Origin: an uncultured Bordetella sp.
Lineage (GTDB): Bacteria > Pseudomonadota > Gammaproteobacteria > Burkholderiales > SG8-39
DNA length: 32,000 nt
Assembly (NCBI GenBank): GCA_964599095.1
Contig: CAZREB010000017.1
Span: 7,203-39,202, forward strand
Direction: 5' to 3'
The notes under the pieces were generated by a model. That model worked only from the letters and a program-made list of their open reading frames with translations, searched no databases and was not told the origin of the DNA. Below, piece after piece: positions 27,195 through 32,000 of this stretch. The position numbers were made by a program, and so were the translations under genes. Numbering within the stretch: position 1 is the stretch's first letter; every line of letters begins with the position of its first letter.

Positions 27195-27578
27195 ATGACT
27201 GAGCAGGCCGAACCCGGCGCAGCGAAAAGGTTCCTGTACGTGAACACGAAGGCGCCCTACGGCACCATCTACGCGCTCGAGTCCCTCGAAGTCGTTCTCA
27301 TTGGTGCGGCATTCGATCAGGACGTGAGCCTCGCCTTCGTGGGCGACGGTGTATACCAGCTCGTGAAGGATCAGGACACCAAGGGTCTCGAAATGAAAAA
27401 TTTCTCGCCGACGTTCCGCGCTCTGGAGGATTACGACGTCACCAAGCTTTACGTCGAGCAGGAGGCTCTGGCGGCGCGAGGCCTCACCGAGGCCGACCTG
27501 GTGGTGCCGGTGGAGGCGGTCAGCGCGGAACGCATGGCTGAGATCATGGATAGCCAGGACGTGATCCTGACCTTTTGA
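27195..27578 (+). CDS. dsrF: Sulfurtransferase complex subunit DsrF
   Basis: ATG at 27195 with a GAGGAG RBS. 'FLYVNTKAPYGTIYALESLEVVLIGAAFDQDVSLAFVGDGVYQL' is typical of DsrF/TusC. It sits between dsrE and dsrH. Confidence 0.9.
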   Translation: MTEQAEPGAAKRFLYVNTKAPYGTIYALESLEVVLIGAAFDQDVSLAFVGDGVYQLVKDQDTKGLEMKNFSPTFRALEDYDVTKLYVEQEALAARGLTEADLVVPVEAVSAERMAEIMDSQDVILTF

Positions 27579-27589
27579 GGACCAAGGAC

Positions 27590-27889
27590 ATGCTGCATAC
27601 CGTCAACAAGTCGCCGTTCGAAGACAAGACGTTCGAGACCTGCCTGAAGTTCGCGAAGCGGGGCAGCTCGATCCTCCTAATCGAAGACGGAATATATGCG
27701 GCAGCCGCAGGCACGACCGTTGCGAAGCAGGTGCAGGATGCCTTGAGCCGGGTATCGATATACGCACTCAGACCCGACGTCGAGGCGCGCGGCATGCAGA
27801 ACCGGGTGATGGACGGCGTTCGCCTGGTGGACTATGGGGGGTTCGTCGATCTGGTGACCGAACACCACGCCGTACAAAGCTGGATTTGA
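27590..27889 (+). CDS. dsrH: Sulfurtransferase complex subunit DsrH
   Basis: ATG at 27590 with an AAGGA RBS. 'MLHTVNKSPFEDKTFETCLKFAKRGSSILLIEDGIYAA' carries the conserved Cys, as in DsrH/TusB. Confidence 0.9.
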   Translation: MLHTVNKSPFEDKTFETCLKFAKRGSSILLIEDGIYAAAAGTTVAKQVQDALSRVSIYALRPDVEARGMQNRVMDGVRLVDYGGFVDLVTEHHAVQSWI

Positions 27890-27909
27890 ACCTTGAGGGA
27901 AACCACGAA

Positions 27910-28242
27910 ATGCCTATCGAACTGAATGGCCAGAGCATTGAAACCGACGAGGAAGGTTATCTCGCCAACCGCGCGGACTGGTCCGAGCAAGTGGGAAAGG
28001 AAATGGCCCGGATCGACGGCTGCGAATTGACCGACAGCCACTGGGAGGTGATCAACTTCCTGCGCGAGTACTACGACGAATACCAGATCGCCCCTGCAGT
28101 CCGCGTGCTGACCAAGGCGATCGGGAAGAAACTGGGCGCCGACAAGGGCAACAGCAAGTACCTGTACGAACTGTTTCCCTATGGCCCCGCCAAGCAGGCC
28201 TGCAAGTACGCGGGGCTGCCCAAGCCTACCGGCTGCGTGTAG
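27910..28242 (+). CDS. dsrC: DsrC sulfur carrier / DsrAB substrate-donating protein, with both conserved cysteines
   Basis: ATG at 27910. 110 aa ending in 'PAKQACKYAGLPKPTGCV', the canonical CysB-X10-CysA-Val C-terminal arm. Confidence 0.95.
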   Translation: MPIELNGQSIETDEEGYLANRADWSEQVGKEMARIDGCELTDSHWEVINFLREYYDEYQIAPAVRVLTKAIGKKLGADKGNSKYLYELFPYGPAKQACKYAGLPKPTGCV

Positions 28243-28283
28243 GGACCGGACTCGCCGGGTTCCCCGTCGCCCCTTCGTCGAAT

Positions 28284-29060
28284 GTGCCGCGTCGGAACCT
28301 GGAGAATGCGTTGTCGGTGCTGACCGTCCTTTACGCGGTGCTCTTGTATTTCGCGTTCGCCATGCTCGTCGTCGGCGTGGGCTACAAGTGCTGGGTGTAC
28401 GCACGCACGCCGCAGCCGCTCAGGATCCCGGTCCCGCCGGCGCCGACGACCCGCCGGGGTGTCGTGCTGCGCCTGCTTTTCGAGGTCACGTTCTTCAGGG
28501 CGCTGTTCCGCTCGAACAAGTGGATCTGGCTGTTCGGATGGGTCTTTCACGTGGCGCTTTTCGCGGTGCTGATGAGGCACTTGCGCTACTTCGCCGACCC
28601 GGTATGGGGCTGGGTGGTGATGATCCAGCCAATCGGACTGTACGCAGGGTTTGCCATGCTGGTGGGCCTCGCCGGCCTCTGGGCAAGGCGCCTGCTGGTC
28701 GACCGGGTTCGCTTCATAAGCAGCCCCTCCGACCACCTGATGCTGGCCCTGCTGGCGGCGATTGTCGTGAGCGGACTGACCATGAAGTATCTGGCGCACA
28801 CGGATATCGTTTCGCTGAAGGCCTTTGTCCTTGGCCTCATGGTCTTCGACTGGCGTGAGCTCCCGGCGGACCCGGCGCTGCTGGTCCACCTTGCTCTGGT
28901 CGCGATCCTGATGATCGTATTCCCGTTGAGCAAGCTGCTGCACGCGCCGGGCGTGTTCTTCAGCCCGAGCCTCAACCAGGTCGACGATGCACGCGAGAGG
29001 CGGCATGTGGCTGGATGGTCTGCACAGATCGTCCATGCCGATCGGGTGCGGAGCGGCTGA
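28284..29060 (+). CDS. dsrM: DsrM, NarI-like dihaem cytochrome b membrane subunit of DsrMK(JOP)
   Basis: 258 aa with about 5 TM helices and conserved His residues ('GWVFHVALFAVLMRHLRYF', 'SDHLML', 'LLHAPG') as in NarI/HdrE-type proteins. The GTG start is uncertain by a few codons. The stop abuts the dsrK ATG. Confidence 0.9.
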   Translation: MPRRNLENALSVLTVLYAVLLYFAFAMLVVGVGYKCWVYARTPQPLRIPVPPAPTTRRGVVLRLLFEVTFFRALFRSNKWIWLFGWVFHVALFAVLMRHLRYFADPVWGWVVMIQPIGLYAGFAMLVGLAGLWARRLLVDRVRFISSPSDHLMLALLAAIVVSGLTMKYLAHTDIVSLKAFVLGLMVFDWRELPADPALLVHLALVAILMIVFPLSKLLHAPGVFFSPSLNQVDDARERRHVAGWSAQIVHADRVRSG

Positions 29061-30551
29061 ATGGCTGCCTTCGAAACGCCGCCGCTGGGCGAGTATCCGG
29101 TCATTCCACTGGTGCGCGAAGGTGCGATGGCGCACAGCAAGCCGTTTCTGGCCAAGCCGGAACACCAGACGGGGCTCGGGTTCCCCGGCGAACTGGTGCA
29201 CGACTGGGAGAAGGTCGCGGTCACCAGGCTCGGCCAGCTCGTGTCACAGTCGCGGGGGTTGCAGGTGTTTCTCGATGCCTGCGTGAAGTGCGGCGCCTGC
29301 ACCGACAAGTGCCACTACTTCCTCGGCACTTCGGACCCGAAGAACATGCCGGTGGCCCGCCAGGACCTCCTGCGCTCGGTCTATCGCCGCTACTACACGT
29401 TCGCCGGCAGGCATTTTCCGAAGCTCGTGGGCGCCCGCGACATGACCAAGGAGGTGCTCGACGAGTGGTACAGCTATTACCACCAGTGCTCTCAGTGCCG
29501 ACGCTGCGCGGTGTTCTGCCCGTACGGGATCGATACCGCCGAGATCTCGATGGCCGCGCGCGACATCATGGACAGCGTCGGCGTCGGCCAGAAGTATTCC
29601 AACGAGATCATCGGCAAAGTCCACAAGATCGGCAACAATCTCGGCCTGCCGGAACCGGCCCTGCGCAACACGCTGGACGGTCTGGAAGAGGACGTGAAGG
29701 ACGAGACCGGGGTGGATGTAAAGTTCCCGCTCGATGTCAAGGGCGCCGAAGTCCTGCTCATCACGCCCAGCGCGGACTTTTTCGCCGAACCGCACATCGA
29801 TGGGCTGATCGGATATGCCAAGGTATTTCACGCCGCGGGCATCTCCTGGACGCTGTCGTCGCACGCCTCCGAGGCCGCGAACTTCTCGCTCTTCATCGGC
29901 AATCACGACAATCTGCAGAAGGTGGCCACGCGCATACGCGATGCCGCGCTCGAACTGGGTGTCAAGCGCATCGTGGTGGGCGAGTGCGGACATGCGTGGC
30001 GCGTTGCCTACAGCTTCTGGAACACGTTGATCGGGCCATTCGATTTTCTCGATCCGCACTACCCGGCGCCGCAGCATATCTGCGAGCTGACCTACGACCT
30101 CATCCAGCGCGGCGCGCTGACGCTCGACAAGGCGGCAAATGACGACAAGGTGGTGACCTTCCACGATTCCTGCAACGTGTCGCGCGGATCGCGCATGGGT
30201 GACATGCCGGGAGGGCAGTTCCGCATTCCGCGCGAGATCATCCGCGCTTGCGTCAACAAGTTCGTCGACATGGCGCCTGAAACGATCGGTGAAACCACCT
30301 TTTGCTGCGGCGGTGGCGGTGGCCTGCTTACCGACGACCTGGTCGAACTGCGGGTCAAAGGTGCGCTGCCGCGCATGCAGGCCCTCCAGCGCGTGGTCGA
30401 GGAGGAAGGTGTGAATTACATGGCCGCGATCTGCGCCATCTGCAAGAGCCAATTCACCAAGGTTTTGCCTTATTACAAGCACCCCATGGACATGATCGGC
30501 AGCGTGCATGGGCTCGTGAGCAAGGCGATCGTGCTGAAGCCCGGGAATTGA
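29061..30551 (+). CDS. dsrK: DsrK, HdrD-like FeS/CCG-domain catalytic subunit
   Basis: The ATG lies immediately after the dsrM TGA. Two ferredoxin-type motifs, 'CVKCGACTDKC' and 'CSQCRRCAVFCP', are present, along with CCG-domain motifs 'DSCNVSRG' and 'TFCCGGGGG'. Confidence 0.93.
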   Translation: MAAFETPPLGEYPVIPLVREGAMAHSKPFLAKPEHQTGLGFPGELVHDWEKVAVTRLGQLVSQSRGLQVFLDACVKCGACTDKCHYFLGTSDPKNMPVARQDLLRSVYRRYYTFAGRHFPKLVGARDMTKEVLDEWYSYYHQCSQCRRCAVFCPYGIDTAEISMAARDIMDSVGVGQKYSNEIIGKVHKIGNNLGLPEPALRNTLDGLEEDVKDETGVDVKFPLDVKGAEVLLITPSADFFAEPHIDGLIGYAKVFHAAGISWTLSSHASEAANFSLFIGNHDNLQKVATRIRDAALELGVKRIVVGECGHAWRVAYSFWNTLIGPFDFLDPHYPAPQHICELTYDLIQRGALTLDKAANDDKVVTFHDSCNVSRGSRMGDMPGGQFRIPREIIRACVNKFVDMAPETIGETTFCCGGGGGLLTDDLVELRVKGALPRMQALQRVVEEEGVNYMAAICAICKSQFTKVLPYYKHPMDMIGSVHGLVSKAIVLKPGN

Positions 30552-30582
30552 AACTGTTCGACTGGATATAGCGGAGACAACA

Positions 30583-32000
30583 ATGTCGGCGCCAGCAAGC
30601 AAGCCCGAAGCGAAAAGCGGGCATACCTTCCGTAAGTTCAAGGACGGCGATCATGAGTGGGCCTCGCTCCAGGACAAGATATTCACGGCCGACGAGAGCG
30701 ACAAGTGCCCGACCTACGTACACAAGACCCCGCCCTGCCAGGCAAGCTGCCCGTCCGGCGAGGACATCCGCGGCTGGCTGAATATCGTGCGCGGCGTGGA
30801 GAGGCCGCCAAAGGGAACGACGATGCAGGAGTATGCTTTTCGCCGGTCTACCGCGGCCAATCCATTTCCTTCGATGATGGGGCGAGTGTGCCCCGCGCCC
30901 TGCCAGGCGGGCTGCAACCGCAACAGCGTGGAAGACTACGTAGGCATCAACGCGGTCGAGCAATACATTGGCGACTTCGCTCTTGCACAGAATTTCTCAT
31001 TCCAGGCCGGGCCGGAGACCGGGAAGCGAGTCGCGATCGTGGGCGGCGGCCCGGCGGGGCTGTCGGCAGCCTACCAGTTGCGCCTCAAGGGGCACGCCGT
31101 GACCGTATTCGACGATCACGCAGAGCTCGGCGGCATGGCGAAATACGGGGTGCCGGGCTACCGGCTGCCGCGGACCCACCTGGATGGCGAAATCAACCGG
31201 ATCGTCGCGATGGGGGTCGAGGTCCGGCTCAATACGCGGGTGGGCGAAGACGTGAACCTCGGGGACCTCGAGGCGCAATTTGACGCGGTGCTGCTCGCGA
31301 TCGGCTGCAAGGCAGGGCGCGCACTCCCGGTCCCTGGCGCCGATGCGCCCAATTGCATCAGTGGTGTCGCTTTCCTGGAGGCATTCAACCAAGGACGGCT
31401 GAAGTCGGTCGCGGGCCGTGTGGTCGTGGTCGGCGGCGGCGACACGTCGGTTGACGTCGTCTCGGTTGCTCGCCGACTGGGCTATGTGGCCGATCTTAAG
31501 GAATCCGAGCGCCCCGAATTCGTCGTCATGGGGCATACCGCGCACGACGCATCGGCGATGGCTGCCCGCAAAGGCGCGGAAGCGATGCTGATTTCGATGC
31601 AACCCGTCGAGCAGATGAACGCCGCCAAGCACGAGATCGAGGATGCTCAGCGCGAAGGGGTGAGGATTCGCGGCAGCCTGCTGCCGGTCAAGGTCATCCT
31701 GGACGACAAAACGGGTCGCGCGACGGCACTGCGCGTGATCGAACTCGACTACTCGAGCGGCAAGCCGGTGGAAAAGCCCGGTACCGAAATGGACCTAGAG
31801 GCCGACCTGATCGTGTCGGCGATCGGTCAGACGGGCGACCTGCGCGGCATGCAGGAACTGGACAACGGCAGGGGCCTGATCGCAGCGGACAAGTTCTACC
31901 AGGTGCCGAATCGCCGCGGAGTCTTTGCATGCGGCGACATCATCCGACCTCACCTGCTAACCACGGTGATCGGGCAGGGATCGGTTGCCGCCGACAGCAT
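30583..32000 (+). CDS. dsrL: DsrL, GltD-like NAD(P)H:acceptor oxidoreductase (3' end lies outside the window)
   Basis: This gene is not in the supplied ORF track because the frame has no stop before the window end. ATG at 30583 with a GGAGA RBS 5 nt upstream. My own translation gives 'CPTYVHKTPPCQASCPSGEDIRGWL', 'RVCPAPCQAGCNR', the FAD site 'KRVAIVGGGPAGLSAAYQL' and the NAD(P) site 'GRVVVVGGGDTSVD', with no in-frame stop through 31998. Confidence 0.9.
   Translation, partial: MSAPASKPEAKSGHTFRKFKDGDHEWASLQDKIFTADESDKCPTYVHKTPPCQASCPSGEDIRGWLNIVRGVERPPKGTTMQEYAFRRSTAANPFPSMMGRVCPAPCQAGCNRNSVEDYVGINAVEQYIGDFALAQNFSFQAGPETGKRVAIVGGGPAGLSAAYQLRLKGHAVTVFDDHAELGGMAKYGVPGYRLPRTHLDGEINRIVAMGVEVRLNTRVGEDVNLGDLEAQFDAVLLAIGCKAGRALPVPGADAPNCISGVAFLEAFNQGRLKSVAGRVVVVGGGDTSVDVVSVARRLGYVADLKESERPEFVVMGHTAHDASAMAARKGAEAMLISMQPVEQMNAAKHEIEDAQREGVRIRGSLLPVKVILDDKTGRATALRVIELDYSSGKPVEKPGTEMDLEADLIVSAIGQTGDLRGMQELDNGRGLIAADKFYQVPNRRGVFACGDIIRPHLLTTVIGQGSVAADS

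Noticed and set aside
28243-28283. Possible attenuator hairpin between dsrC and dsrM (GGACCGG...CCGGGTTCC)
   Set aside because: Pairing needs bulges, the contiguous stem is no more than 4-5 bp, and there is no T-tract. The sequence alone does not support it.
29015-30641. 375-aa plus-strand alternative-frame ORF and 465-aa minus-strand ORF over dsrK
   Set aside because: They overlap the motif-rich DsrK frame completely, and their composition is typical of GC-rich non-coding frames.

Overview
Visibly GC-rich chromosomal segment. By inference it comes from a betaproteobacterium-like chemolithotrophic sulfur oxidiser. In order, the window holds: (1) the 3' end of rpoB and a complete rpoC, closed by a strong intrinsic terminator. 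(2) A ~3.6 kb envelope-glycan-like block: a beta-helix protein, a small membrane protein and a convergent O-antigen-ligase-like protein. (3) Ordinary metabolic and detoxification genes: class II aldolase, PAT-type GNAT, ketopantoate-reductase-like protein, quinone oxidoreductase and GST. (4) A cytoplasmic sulfur-trafficking island: a CsoR-family 2-Cys regulator with TusA/YeeD-like and YeeE genes, a divergent DsrE2-like gene, a tandem-TusA fusion, an unknown 341-aa protein and a rhodanese. (5) A very compact six-gene operon: Sel1-repeat protein, an unknown, two Fe(II)/2OG dioxygenases, a small unknown and an S24 peptidase without a DNA-binding domain. (6) A four-gene minus-strand operon divergent from dsrA: TauD/TfdA-like dioxygenase, an unknown helical protein, an orphan Cas6/Cmx6-like RAMP protein and a DsrC paralogue lacking both cysteines. 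(7) An oxidative-type dsrABEFHCMKL cluster, with dsrL running off the window end. I found no rRNA, tRNA, CRISPR array, transposase or integrase. The best candidate for something undescribed is the operon in (6). The six-gene operon in (5) and the atypical CsoR-family regulator with its paired ATAC...GTAT operators come next. All homology calls come from reading the translated ORFs and recognising motifs. No searches were run.
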